From Bugula neritina (Eukaryota > Animalia > Bryozoa), in contig OZ037771.1 of NCBI GenBank assembly GCA_964035545.1, forward strand, positions 9,169,408 to 9,233,407: a stretch of DNA of 64,000 nt, read 5' to 3'. The notes below the pieces were generated by a model. The model was not told the origin of the DNA. It worked only from the letters and a program-made list of their open reading frames with translations, and ran no database searches. Below, piece by piece: positions 40,164 to 54,000 of this stretch. The translations under genes were made by a program, and so were the position numbers. Within the stretch, counting starts at the first letter, position 1; every line of letters begins with the position of its first letter.

Positions 40164-43100
40164 TTAATAGCCTCCTGAGCGATGAGAGCGTCTTGAGTAG
40201 GAGTATGTGTTGAATCTATGTCTGGGCAGATCTCCAAACATCTCAGTTCCGTCTCCTCCAACACTCTGAGCCAGAGCCTTCATGGACGCCTGCAAAATTA
40301 GAGATATGCTCATAGTGATCCTTCACAGAGTGTAGGAGAAAACAACTCCCAAGTTGAAATGACAAAACAAGAAAATACACGAGTGCTGAGCAAATTCACT
40401 AGTTTGAAAAGAAAATCCAATACAAGACATTTCAAGCCTTTTATGTAAACTAACAGAAGTTTTACTTTCATCACATTTCTCAATACTGCAAACCTACAAT
40501 ACTAAATACTTCAACAACTTAGCAATCTATGTTTAAAAATCAATACCTTCAACCCTATTAAACAAGTAAGCTTTTAGCCATAACCACAATATATAGAAAC
40601 CAATGTGGCAAAATCTATTGTCCCTCTCAACAAATAACTGCTGGTGAAATGTAAAGTTGTGCTCTCCCTGTTTGAAATACCTGCATGTCCTGTGGCTGAG
40701 GTGTGGCCTCGTCTTCATCGGAAGAGAGACTGGCCCTGCTAGTGGACACCCTCAAATGGCGCATTATGGGTATGGGCACAGACGCAGCCAGCTGGTCATG
40801 AGTGTCGGCTCTCCCACCTGAATCAACCAAAGTAGAGCAAAATCTGCTTTAAATGGTTTTAACTACTTTTCATGTACATAAAAATGGTACAAATATGGTT
40901 TTCTCTAGGATATTTTAAATATATCCACTATCATTGTTGGGGGGGGGGGGGGGGGGCTTCATGATTCTTTCCCGAGCATACTAATATCATTCGTATGCAT
41001 GAGGTGGGGAGGGAGGGAGACAAGTAATACATGAAATTGTCACAATTCATAATTGTCTGCTGTTAGGCAAACTGTTTAAATCCCAATACAATTATCAGAT
41101 ACACATGGACAGTGGTAGAGATAACACTTTCCTTTAAAAGTCAAAGACTAGAATTTAAATAGGGGCAACAAATTTTATAAAACTGCACTAAAAACCTAGT
41201 TTTGAGAAGTTATCTCCTCATGACCAGACCAGCTTATTCTCAGAGGAATTAAATTAGTAAGTAAGCATCTATCAATTGAGTGGAGGGAATATCTGCTAGC
41301 AGTATGTATGGAAAGATCATAACTGTTTAGCATAATATTTTACACTTCAATTTAAAATCTACAGTTGACTATCATAGTAATCTGGGCACAGAAGAACTAA
41401 ATTTGTACTGCAACATTTTAGAAAGTTTTGAATGGAGCATTACCCTTTAAGAAAACTAATTTCAGCATTACAATTGTGGACTGAAACATTGCAATTTTTG
41501 AAAGTGAAACCTAAAAATGATGAGGTATGCACATTTCAGCATTACATAATAATAATATAGTGATGCATAATATAACAATATATAATATATATATAGCGAT
41601 ATATAATATAGCAACACAAAGTATAGTACTATACAATATAAAAATATATAGTATAGCAATATATATTACATCAATACATAACATAGCGACATATAATATA
41701 GTAATATATCATATAGTAACATATACTATATCATATAGTAATATATAACTGGTGATGATGTCATACAGCTGCTCAGAAACTGCTACTAAAAACTCCATTC
41801 AATTAGAATGTTGTTTCTTCAAAGATAATAAGGACAAAAGCAGCAGCTAATACAAATCTAACTGAAAGTGATATAGATTACTGGGAACAGGTGGAAATTT
41901 CCATGAGTTTGTATGATAAACACACAGCAGTGCTTGAAGGTAATCGTCTATTATGTATGCTGAGTATACAGCATATATAAATTAGTTGTACATCTCAGCA
42001 ACCAGTTACTACTGCGTCATGCCACCTAAACTTGACTATGTATATGTTACACTAGTAATACCAGCAGCTAAACACAACCAAGGTGATATAACATCACAAA
42101 CAGGTGATGCAACTATTATCTCTGCAGCAGCACATGATATGATGTTTAGATCCTATAAAGTAACTTTATCTGCAACTTTGGTGAATTGCTGACCGGCCAG
42201 CCCAATAGCAGGTCCAACAGCCAGCCCAATAGCAGGTCCAACAGCCAGCCCAATAGCAGGTCCAACAGCCAGCCCACTAGCCAGCAGTCAGCCCACTAGC
42301 TATCTCATGCATATAAATATTGTGCTTAGTGTTACTACCACAGACTTGGTCTAGCTTGGTCTACATTCACCAAGAAGGCTTTTTTGGAGAAACCTCTGAA
42401 CACAAGATTTTAAAATCGAAACTTTCCCACTAAGCTTCTCCATTGCACAAATAATACACTATTATTATTTTTATAGCTGGTACATTAAAATTCATGTGAC
42501 TACCATTGAGAATGACTTATGGGAGTATTGACTGGTCTTAGAAAAGGAGCTAAAGTGAGACAACATTTCAAACCCTAACCTACTACTTTTTACACTCTTG
42601 AAAGTTTAAGCAATTCATTGTTAAATGTTTTAATTGCCTAAACAAAAATTTGATTAAATAGATATATGCATCAGCTAACTGTACCTACGTGGTAGAACAT
42701 ATATGAGTATTATCAATACTTTTTCGACTGAGTTGTAATCACTTCCTGGAAAAAAAACAGTGATATCTTTCCAAACTTAGACTTTTCACTAATCAATTTT
42801 CTTCTATCAGTTTCCTCTAATGTTTTCACATTTTACTTAACATATTATTCATGAAAAAGTTCACATTTAGCTTTACACTAATTCTTTAGAATATTTTCCT
42901 TTGTAGTGTAAGATTTCACTTTCATTTTCAACTCGGCTACACTACATTAAGGCTTTTTTCAATGTTTTTTTACTTGTAGTGAAAGACAACCCCTCAGTAA
43001 GAGTGATAACGTGTACCTTGTTATACAGCAATAACAGGTTTCTATTACTTTGGTTCAAAATGTGAATGATAGATGGAATACAACTGATTAATCTTGATCG

Positions 43101-45834
43101 ATCTACTTCAATAACTGAGACCTTATAAAGTGTGTTTGTAGAAACATTTATTGCCGACTTATTAGCATAGAACTACCCTGCATAGAATAAAACCTACTCT
43201 GCACAAAATAGTCTCATAGAAAAGGCCAGTGCAGTACATAATAGTAATAGAAGCAAACCTGCTTGGTATACAATAGTGAAGTTGCGTTTAGACCTTCGCG
43301 ATTTTCAGTCAGAAATTCAATTTGGCCGAGTTGAAATTTCACTGAGTTGCATTGCATTGTAAAAGTCACTCGTTGAAATTTTTGAACTGCGATAACTCAA
43401 TCGGCCGAGTTCAGAATAATACTCAAAAGGAGTAATAACTCCTTATAAATATCGGTATTCAATTATGATTTTGGCTATTAGATGATGTACTTTTACGTTA
43501 ATAATTATATCGCCTACGCCTTCTCAATTATCGCTTTTATGCTGTCAACTTTTTCTAATTCACAATTTTTTCAACGGGCATCAAATAGTGATTAGGCGAG
43601 TCATTTTTCACTTTTAGAAAGTAAGCTTCCGAATCAATACGATTTCATCGAGTTTCAGTAAGACTATAAAGGGGTACTCAGATGAGTGTTATCAACTGAA
43701 ACTGTACTTTTTCAGCAGAGGTATAAACGCAACTTTATAGAAGAAAACCTGCTTAGTATAAAAAAGTAATAGAAGAAAACCTGCTTAGTATAGAATAGAA
43801 ATAGAGGAAAACCTGCTTAGTATAGAATAGTGATAGAGGAAAACCTGCTTAGTATAGAATAGTAATAGAGGAAAACCCGCTTATTATGGAATAGTAATAG
43901 AGGAAAACCCGCTTATTATGGAATAGTAATAAAGTAATTCAGTATAGAAAAAAAAGGAAAACTTGTTTGGTATGGAATAGGAGAAGAGAACTTACTTGAT
44001 CTGGACTGGTAGTTTGGTGCTGCCATCTCATCATCAGTAAATATCTCATCTTCTCCGTCACCATCATTAAACTGCTCATCCATGAAAGGGTCAAACATCT
44101 CATCGACAAAGCTGGAAGATCTACCTTTCTTTCCTACACAAAATCATTTCTTTGTTTATGTTTTAACATAACCCAGTTCCTAGTCAATTCAAAGTTTAGA
44201 AGTTGTCTTGTTACATAAAATAGCAAAACAATGAATAGATATGTCTCGGCAGTAACTGTGTCAAAAGACTACATAGCCTTGCTACGTTGAGCTGCATGTA
44301 CTATGGCAGAACTTTTATCCCCCACGCACCTGATAATTTAAAAAATATGACCGAAAATATTTTTGATAGTTGGTAATAGCATTGATGTAATATGATCTTG
44401 GGTGATATTATGGTATCAATTAATTTAAAATTTATTTATAGAAATCCATTTTTATGTGGCAACTGCAATTTGCTAATTGATTTATAAAGTCACTAGTTTT
44501 ATAATTTTCTAACTATATTCATATCTTTGGCTAATGAGAAGATCCTACTAGAAAAGTCCAATCATTTGTGAGTTCAACCAAATCACTTTAGCTCATGCAA
44601 AAGGTGCAGGTATAATTATAAAAACCTATTTAAACAATTTTAGTAGTACAAAACAATGAATAATAACAAATAGAAGAAGAAAATAATCATGAGTTGACAA
44701 ACAGATTGCATAAATCTTACCACCATTGATGTTACTGTGTCTTGGCAGATTGCCCAGATCATCCGATATTTCCTCTACACTTTTCTCATAAGCGCTGTCT
44801 GCATCTTCGTTTGCTTCTTTAAAAACTGCCCAGATTTGTCTTTCGATGTTCTGCCGGTTACTGGCAACCACATTCTGCAAGTCTTTAAACTTGGCTAATT
44901 GCTCAGCCTCATATTCTTTAATTCTACGTTTCATGTTGTCTCTTTCTTCTTCTACATAATCTACAGAGCGCTCTTCAACATCCCGAAGTAAATCAACGAC
45001 CGAAGGCTTCAGGGTTGCTGGTTTTGAAGTGATACCAGTGGAAGGATATGTTACTATTCTGAACAACTTAGAGTAGTTCAGATTAGCCGAGATGACCTCT
45101 TGTTGCTGGGGTGGTTTAAGCATCATTCCATAATTGATGTAAATATGCTTGCTCTGGTTCTCACCAGTTCCAGGTACTCGAGATACAGCGTGTGTTGTTG
45201 TTTTACAGTTGAAGCATGTGTACATCACCCACCCATGAACTTCTTTGGTGACAATAAGATAAGGAATAGCAACTTGCGGATCTTCAGACTCACCTGATAC
45301 TAATTTGACTGGTTTTTCAAGTAAGGACTCTATTAGAGCGTGGTTGTATTCATTGCTAGAACGTCCAACAAGCTTTTTTGAATTCTGTTTAAACGCCGAC
45401 TCGGAGTTGGATAGAAATTCTGATTGAGGATCAAACTGAGGAAAACCATCTCTATCTTGAGGTTGACCATCGTCTTTGTCCAGACCAGGTGAAAGATTCG
45501 AAATTTTGAAACTAACATTTAAACATTTACAACTAATAGTTTCTGCGTCAGTGGTAGTTTTACTCTTCGGGTCCACATGAAAATCATGTTCATGTTCATG
45601 TTGGCTTCCGTTTAGCAAGGTATCGTTCCAATCACTCGAAATGATTGCAGGAGCCCGAGTATGAGCGGGTAAGTGATGTCGTGCACCATCACCAAGACCC
45701 AGGGTGTCAGTTTGAGTTAGGTATTCACTTTCAGATTGATGTGGGATTTGATAAGTATTACGGTTAGTGTTACCTTTGAGTTTTAAGTTCACGCTGGGAG
45801 TGCCGAATTTTTCTGGTTGGCTCTTGCTGCTCAT
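40164..45834 (-). CDS. AKT1S1: PRAS40 / proline-rich AKT1 substrate 1 homolog (mTORC1 inhibitor; 4 exons, ~504 aa)
   Basis: Exons 45834-44721, 44133-43996, 40817-40681, 40289-40164 (1515 nt, in frame). C-terminus ASMKALAQSVGGDGTEMFGDLPRHRFNT matches the PRAS40 signature (ASMRAL..FGDLPRPRLNT, Akt site RxRxxT). Also TOS-like FDPFMDE, LAASVPIPI (cf. KSLPVSV) and an N-terminal SCKCLNV..CFNC domain. Confidence 0.85.
42195..42300. repeat. 24-bp tandem repeat (ccagcccaatagcaggtccaacag)
   Basis: 3-4 copies. Confidence 0.85.
43240..43935. repeat. 31-bp minisatellite (aatagtaatagaggaaaacctgcttagtatag), interrupted by a MITE
   Basis: About 7 copies next to the PRAS40 exon-2 donor. Confidence 0.85.
43279..43735. 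mobile_element. MITE-like element (TIR aagttgcgtttaNacct) inserted in a 31-bp minisatellite
   Basis: Left end aagttgcgtttagacct, right end aggtataaacgcaactt. The minisatellite continues on both sides. Confidence 0.65.
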
Positions 45835-47546
45835 AGTTTTGATGTGTTTAGTGGCACACTAGGTTGGTTTAGTTCAAGGTGAGAAATTCGTTAATCAGTG
45901 ATAATATGGATTAAATATCCAAACAAACGAAACTAGAGTCAGAATGAGCCTGCTGCATACAACTTGCAACTTTCTATACAAAATACTAGTCCTAGGTGCT
46001 TCAATGTGCTAAGCAAGGGATCTTCGCTAACAAATGTTAATACTGAAAGGGGCTACCTATTTTTCGCATGTATTTTAAGAAAATTTAACATGGATCATAG
46101 GCCATAAATAATCAGCTGATGACATTCATGGTTTCATTACACGCCGCTATTCCGTGCACTTTCTGTGCGAGATAATTGTGTGCAGGTTCTTGTAACTGAG
46201 CAATGTAGCGAGCCAGGATTTTTTTATTTTCAACTTCCAACATATGCAAAATGATAATGTATCAAAGTCTTGAAAAGTTAAAATTTTACTAATAATCACA
46301 ATGCTAGTGTGAGTGTGCATTCTAATCTTATATTATTAATACTTGTCATCTAACAATATTTAAAAACAAAATTATGTTTGTTTAAAGTTTATTTCTAGCT
46401 ATTCACTTAGGCTATTGGCTTAGGCTTAGGCTATTGACATTGTGATTGTATTGGCTATTGTATTCAGTATTGGCTAAGCATTTTAAACTATTATTATGAT
46501 TATCATTATGAATGATTATTGTCAATTTGTAATGATAATCATTAAGTTATTGATGATAAAAATAATCAATATCATAATGATAAGTTATTATTATAATCAT
46601 TAAATTTAATCAGTATGAGTATCACTATTACTATTAGTATTAGTATTACTATTAGTATTAGTATTATTTGGTGTCAATATGAATATCAGTATCATTAATT
46701 TAGTGATTAATAAAACTTAATAATTTACAATTAGTTATAGTTGTAATTATATAATTTTATGACTTTAAAATAATTTAGTCAATCACAATGAAAAACTCGC
46801 AATGAATACTGAATAGTAGTTATGAACTAAATTTTAGTTTAAAGAATAAGTTACTGTTAGTAAGATAAAAATTACTTCATTCTCTATGACTGATGCATTT
46901 TGCTAATTACTTTTTATCATTGTGATTGTCTTGTATTTCAGGAATCTATGCAGCAGGGTGCAAATCATTTTGTACACAAGTCGTTTCGTACCCACTTTTT
47001 GGGTCGTTTCATACACATCAATATGAATGAACTGGAATGCATATTTTTTATGTTTTTGATACTAATTTATTATTTGGGTTTGGGGTTAATTGATTATTCA
47101 TTTTGTGTACAGCTTTACAGGAACCCATGCAGCGATGTAGTTGTATGTATTTTTATATTTTTTTAATTTTTCTTTTTACGCTATAGTATTTATCATATTT
47201 ATATTGATATAGTATTAGTATGTGTGTAACTGTATAGCTACATGTATAAGTGATTCTAAATAATAATAAGATTATGCTCTTACACTTCTACTTATAAGTT
47301 ATAACACTTACAGTAAATAAGTGATAAAATTTGCACGTCTGAATGACTATATCATGATCATCTTTCTATCACTATTACGACCTAATATAAATCTTACCAA
47401 TTTTGCTTAAATAAAATATATTTAAAATGTTTATATTATGTGAAAAAAATGTATTAGTTATATCAATATGTAATCAAACTTGTATAGATTATCAAAATAA
47501 CTTTTGTTTATGCAATAATCAGCACATGTAATGGAAATATAGCAAA

Positions 47547-47758
47547 TAGAAACTCACGAAAGTTTATAGTCACCATTCCTGTAAGAAACCTCTAATGAAC
47601 ATTTTTGTTAAATCTGGCTAAGTGTTTATTCAAATGGAGCACTTAAGCCATTATGACTGATTGCTTTTCTTAACACCAATGACCTTTACTGGGGATTGAA
47701 CCCATGACTATGGGCTTACTAAGCAAGCGCTCTAACCCCTATACCAAAGCTGCTCCCT
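47547..47758 (-). mobile_element. tRNA-derived SINE, copy 2 (more diverged)
   Basis: Same head (gctgctccct end) and body. Imperfect TSD gaaatatag(c/t)aaa. Confidence 0.8.
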
Positions 47759-48728
47759 GAAATATAGTAAACAGTGAGTAAAAGTGTGAGCATGCAATGG
47801 AAATAGTTAAACTGAAGCTTTTAAAATTATACTTATTATAATTGTTACTTTTACTATTAAGGTAACAGTATTGATTTTGAAATGACCCGTACAATTGCTA
47901 TTTTGATAATTTTCAATCATATTTATGCTGAAGCGAATCTTTCAGTTGTGGATTTCAGTAAGGCATTGAACACATTATTTTGTAGCAATTGTAGTATTAT
48001 GATAAATATATTTTATTGCTTATAGGACATGTAAACTGAAGCAAACTAAAACCTAACACAGATCAAAATTAGCTATATATAGCTGAAAGCTTTTCATAAC
48101 TTTTTCTTTAATAGCTTATACAGCTACAATACTATAATACAACATATGATTATACTACATCTCTCTTCCAAACAAAAAACAAATGAAACTTTATGCAATC
48201 AACTTTAAAACAAATTATACCAGACGTAAAAAATCTAAGTGAAACCCAAACCACACAAATAGTAACAGAATAAAAAGTGCAGGTGATGATGCATAGTACA
48301 AGATAAAAAATGAAAATGTGGAACACAATTTAATGCACAAACTTGAATAATACTATTTCAGCTAAATAATAGCTTCAGCCTAGAACTGGCTTTTCACCTT
48401 GAGTAGTAGTCAATATAAGCTTTTTCTGGCATCTCGATGCTTACATGGTTTTGGCCATTATTATTTCTGTTTATGTATAATTCTTTTTTTAAATATTAAA
48501 CTGTGAAAAATAATTGCTGATGTGATATGATATATTTTTTAAACCAATAACTTTTTGAACAGATTGCCAGATGCTGTAAAACTGGCTATATAACATGATC
48601 AGTTGAAAGTTTCCTAGTAACTTAATAGTAATTTCAGAAAATACACTTCAACACCTACATACTCTGACAGTATAGTTATGGAGGTACTTCTCTGTTCTGC
48701 ATTGCTTTTTTAATATATTTTTGCTTAA

Positions 48729-49054
48729 AAATCCCTGACACTCTTCATTTATGCAGTACTATAAATGTTGAAGCCATCTCAATGATTATGCTGTGCAGTG
48801 CAGCAGCTAACAATAGCATGCAATGAAAGTCAGTTATAATTAGTATAAGTTTTATAGTAGCGGTAACGTCAAAGCCGACCGAAAATTTCATTTCCAAGCG
48901 ATCAGAAATCCCAAATCATTTCAGTATATACTTGCACAAATATTATTATAAAACAAAATTGTTTAGGCATCCAACCTTAAAACAGTATGCAAATGAAAAC
49001 TAACTTATATAAGAAAATTTTAGTACTGCATAAATGAAGTGTGTCAGGGATTCC
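48729..49054. mobile_element. TTAA-flanked MITE (Kolobok/piggyBac-type target site)
   Basis: aatccctgacactcttcatttatgcagtacta versus tagtactgcataaatgaagtgtgtcagggatt, with TTAA at 48725-48728 and 49055-49058. Confidence 0.7.
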
Positions 49055-49199
49055 TTAAAGGCTTCTGTTACAAACAAGCAACATGGCCTTTCAACCAGCT
49101 GGCTTAACAGTTCTCACACAGTGTCACTACTTTCTTTGGGACAACTCATATTTTTCCCAGCTTCCCACGGAGTTCTGGCAAACTCTGCATGACTAGCAA

Positions 49200-49570
49200 T
49201 TAGAGTCCTTAAAATAAGCAGGTTGTCTCTGCACTTGTTACGGTCATCCTGGCTAAGTGGTCAGCTGCTCCGTTCTCCAATATCCCCCGGCAGCTGTATC
49301 ACAACAGCCTCCGGCCGCTTGGTGCCAGCCGCACTAGGCCTTTCGACAAGCTTAAGTGCCTCATCATCACCCTCCCCAACAGTTAGCTTGTGATCGGTTA
49401 GGCTGTACCGCAGTGTCTCAATTTAACACTAGTTGGCCCTTCTGCTTCCTTACATCCTTCAAGTGCCACGGCACCCCATTCGCACAGACTGTGTGCTTTG
49501 GGGTGACACCAGTTACCTCTCCAAGAGTCCATCGCTTTGTCCGAGGAGCAGTTTATTTGAAACAATGCTT
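49200..49570 (-). pseudogene. Degenerate Gypsy LTR-retrotransposon integrase C-terminal fragment
   Basis: The minus strand translates to TAPRTKRWTLGEVTGVTPKHTVCANGVPWHLKDVRK, then after stops/frameshift RQPAYFKD, a typical end of a Gypsy pol. The patch is GC-richer than its flanks. Confidence 0.6.
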
Positions 49571-51039
49571 TCTTCCTTATTTACTGACAGATGTGTCATC
49601 TGCCAGTGCTATGAGTATTGTCTGCTGAATGATACAGCTTTCATTGAACCGATGGTGTATTACATACTTTTTATCATCAATTATTTACATCTTTGCTAGT
49701 GACTCATTAATTGCAAATAAAAACCATCTACTGGGTTTAGTAAGACTAATCTGCTGAAAATCATTCCAAGAATGCAACTTCAGCATTAACTTATCTTTTA
49801 GACAAAATGAAATAATAATAATAGCAAAATATAATAATGCACTTCACAAAGTTGATATGTTCTATCTTTTTTTGCTTACTCTAAGATTAGGTTTTCTCCA
49901 AGTTTGTTAATTGAAGTTCTACTATGGTGAGCATTAAGCTCTACTTCAGGAAAACCTGAGTAATTAATCATTATCTTCACAATTTATATATACAAAGGCA
50001 GACGCTACTAAACTCGTGCATGAATTCACATTTTGTCATGCCTGTAGATATTGTGTCTTATTTTTCATAAGTTTGAATCCCAAGTGGTCAACTGTATTTG
50101 TTGAGTTTAAAAATATAGAGTCTTCCTCCCCTGTATGCTTTAAATTTGCATTTCTATCATTTCAAAAGCAGTACACTATGCACGACTCTAAGATATTAAA
50201 AACAAAGCAAGCAAACCTTGGTGACAGCCTGTTAAAATTGCTTGCTGTATACTGCTGAGAGTTTCAAATAACTTAGGCCTTGCAACTGTTAAAAATAGTG
50301 GTATCTTTGTTAGCTTTAGCCTATAGCCTCTATATTATAGATTATTCCCTCAAATCCAATTATGGTAATTGTTGTACTCAACCCTAGAAATTTCACTTTA
50401 ATCTATTTTTAGAACAAAGGATGATGCTCTCTTGTATCTACATAGTTCATTCAAAGTGAGTGTAAGTGACACCAGGTCTTTGAAGCAAGTAAGGTCAGCT
50501 ATGATCTACTTACAGCTCTCTTCAACTATTATCTTGCAGTGACTTTCATTACTAATATAGGCTGTAGGTAGGTATTTCTGCAGTACTAACATTTGGGCAA
50601 ATCTATAGTTTTTGCATAATAACATGAAGGAAGTGTAATATAAAGTAGAAATTTAGATGAAAGCTATGAACTAAAGTGTGACGTTTTCAATTTACTTTAT
50701 TGATTGGTTCCATTGGATAGTTTTGTGAAAAATATTAGCGGGTTAAACAGGAAAGGGGCTGGTTTAAAATGCTGTATACAACCACTACTCTTTACCTGTA
50801 GCTTTATTAGCTTGTTTTCCTCAAACATCTTTACTGCTAAAGTGCAAATATGCAGATATCCTTAGTTACTAGCGCTAAGCAAACAGGTGATTGCAGCTGT
50901 GATGCCTTGTGTTTCCCTCAGTTGGTTTAAATTTGTTCTGTTGCCGATAATTCTGTAGATTTGATTCAGCCTACAAGAGGAAGGAAAGAGTGTGTAGACT
51001 AGGAAACTGCTAATGGTAGGGAGAGCCTAGTACTAGTCT

Positions 51040-54000
51040 ATGGTAAGTTATCTATTCAGTGTAGCAATAATATGTTAGAAGGCATCTTAATCTGCTCTAT
51101 TTAATGCAGGTTTTCCTTTATTTTGTCTGGATTTAATGCACTGAAATCCAGCCATGCTATAGCAAGAATTAAAATCTATTGTAAAGGCGCTAATGCCTGC
51201 TTGACAGTATGCTGGGTGAACTGTTTGTTAGAGTGTTTGAGTGTGTAGCAGAGGTGAATATTGCAAAGGCAACCTTATAAGTTGGTACTTTAAGGAGCCT
51301 CTAAAAAGCAAAGCAATGCATCTGTTATCTGTGCCCAGCTAAAGCACCTGCGTTGCTATGTATCTGCGTGCACTGCTGAGAGGTTGCCATGCTGTGGCTT
51401 TGTTTATTTTCTACTTGAAACTGCATTATACACTCCACCCATTCCTTGGTGAGCTGAGCCACTCAAAACCAAGGTCTATGTGCTAGCCTCTCAATAGAAG
51501 CGTGCCTCTTGTTTTTCTATTATCATTTATACAAGAAATTAATAAAGATGTTTGTAGTTTTATCTGAAAAGGCAAGTCCTCAGTCAGTGCATGATGTATA
51601 GTGAATCCTATGATAACAAATACCTGACAATAAAGCAATTGTATGTGAAATAACTAACAAACAATCAAGTGACGCTTGTATTGTTAGGATAACTGTGTAA
51701 TGCAATGCAATGCTATAACCAACTCTACACTGTATCAGTTTTCATTGTCAAGGTGCTGCCGCTTATGCTGTTGCTGTAAGTACCTCAGATTAAGCACATA
51801 GATGCTCTGTTGACGGGCAGATAAAGTCATATAATACAGACAGGGGTTGGATTGTACGCACTTCTGTCCAGCTTTCTTTCCGTCTACGCTTTCTCCACAG
51901 TGTCCAGTTAGCAACACACCTGTTCACTTCTCCAAGTAAGTCGGGGCAATTTCTTTGGCAGCTTGAATTATATAGAATATTATTTCTGCGTGGGATACTT
52001 TTATTCTGTACCAGTTGTTCATATTAACCCACCATTTGTTTATGCTGTTATTTTTTGGTGTTTGGTAATAAAACTGATATTAGATTAGATCCATAATATA
52101 CATTGGATCTTATAGCCAAAAATCTAGTTTGTGCAGTTGTATTTAGTATGACCCTGTTTATCTATCACCAACATCACTAAACTCTCAGCTCAGTCAGTAT
52201 AAAGCTGACTGAGCTAGTTAGTTGTGGCATGTGTCAGCAGGTGCTCTAATATGTTATGTCTGCAGTATTACTGCAGTGCCGCTCAAATGTTGGGTTGACA
52301 CTTTGTAGGTTGTCTAATGTACATGATTTGACAGTCACCACTCTTCTGTTAAATCAGTCCAACATGCCACCTCCTCTTGAGAAACCAGGTCAGCCATACG
52401 ACATTATAGCCTTAGAGGCCCGCAACATCAACAATGAAAAGAGGTTGTCTCACGTCAGCTCCCAGGTACAAGTACAACTCTCAAACTAATATGCTTTACT
52501 ACATCAAATATACTCAAATGCATATCTTTGTCAGCTAAAGCTTAAGGTTTATAGAAAATATGAAAAAATATTGGTAGTCCCAAAACTTCATGTTGTATGT
52601 CTTCAGTACACTGGAGATGTATTCTGTATTGCTACATTCTGGTAGAATGAATATTTATCGCGGAGAAATCGAGACTTAGAAGCTCAGCTGGAATCAACCA
52701 TAACAGCAGAATCTGCATTGAGACGTCGAGCAGCAAATGCTGACCTGGAGAAGGTGGTTTTATCTGAGAATCTCAAAGATGTTGACCAGATGGCCAAGAG
52801 ACTTCAGATTGACAAGGAGACTGTGATAGAGGTGAGTGGATACAGGCAAGTGAGTCCCCCCTGGTGAGTGGATACAGGCAAGTGAGTACCCCCTGGTGAG
52901 TGGATACAGGCGAGTGAGTGCCCCCTGGTGAGTGGATACAGGCAGGTGAGTACCCCCTGGTGAGTGGATACAGGCGAGTGAGTGCCCCCTGGTGAGTGGA
53001 TACAGGCAGGTGAGTACCCCCTGGTGAGTGGATACAGGCGAGTGAGTCCCCCCTGGTGAGTGGATATAGGCGAGTGAGTCCCCCCTGGTGAGTGGATACA
53101 GGCAGGTGAGTACCCCCTGGTGAGTGGATACAGGCGAGTGAGTGCCCCCTGGTGAATGGATACAGGCGAGTGAGAGTACAGTGGTCAGGTGGATGCAGGC
53201 AGAATTTATTATAGTGTTAGATTAGCTCTGAGCTCGGTGCATGGACTGTAATCTATGAGCATTTCCAGTTAACTGAACAGTTCAAAACCTCTCACTTCAA
53301 AGTTTAAATTGACAAGTATTGAATTTATTTATTTTTCATGAGTTCTTTTTTCAAGCAAGTTTTAGAAAAAAAACGGCTCTGGTCTTAAAATTTTACTTCA
53401 ATTGTTTACAAATTTATTGTAAGAATATTTGTGCAACTCATGCAGTGTTGATCTATGATTTCTAACCTAACCTGAGTCCCAATACTGTTTATCTTTTTAA
53501 ACTCTCTGTTCACATCTGCAATAACGTTTCCTTGTCTTTTTAAAAATAATAAGTTATTTAACAAAGTCAGCCTTGCTTTTCAAGGTTGCTGATAGAGAAC
53601 TAAAGGAAGCAAAAATAGAACTGTCAAGGTCACGGCAAGAACTGGAGCACCAAGATCTGGAGTTGTCCCAGCTCAGAGCTGAAATGTCACATCTCTCTCA
53701 TGACAATAAACAGCTCAGCAACAATTTAACCTCTCAGACTAATGAAATGAGCGAGTTAGAATCACTAGTAGATAAGCTTCAGGAAGATAAACGGAAGTTG
53801 TCTGCCCGGGTTAATAAATTGATTAATACAGGTATATTAGTCCTGATTCAGCTCAGAACAATCCATAAAAAAACTCGCGCAAGTTTATAGTCGACATTCC
53901 TGTGAGAAAACCCTTGATGGTAAAGGTTTCTGTTGAAGCGGGCTAAGGATTTATACATATGCGGCACAGGAGCAATTATGACTGGATGCTCTTCCTAGCA

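Noticed and set aside
44270-44329. Possible extra PRAS40 exon after the tatcag acceptor
   Set aside because: It hits a stop in the required phase; exon 1 joins 44133 in frame without it.
51590-51652. MMYSESYDNKYLTIKQL as the CEP135 N-terminus
   Set aside because: Only a vague likeness, closed by a stop, and no following conserved exon.
28706-53175. Regular arrays considered as CRISPR-like
   Set aside because: Head-to-tail repeats without unique spacers, no cas genes, eukaryotic intronic context.
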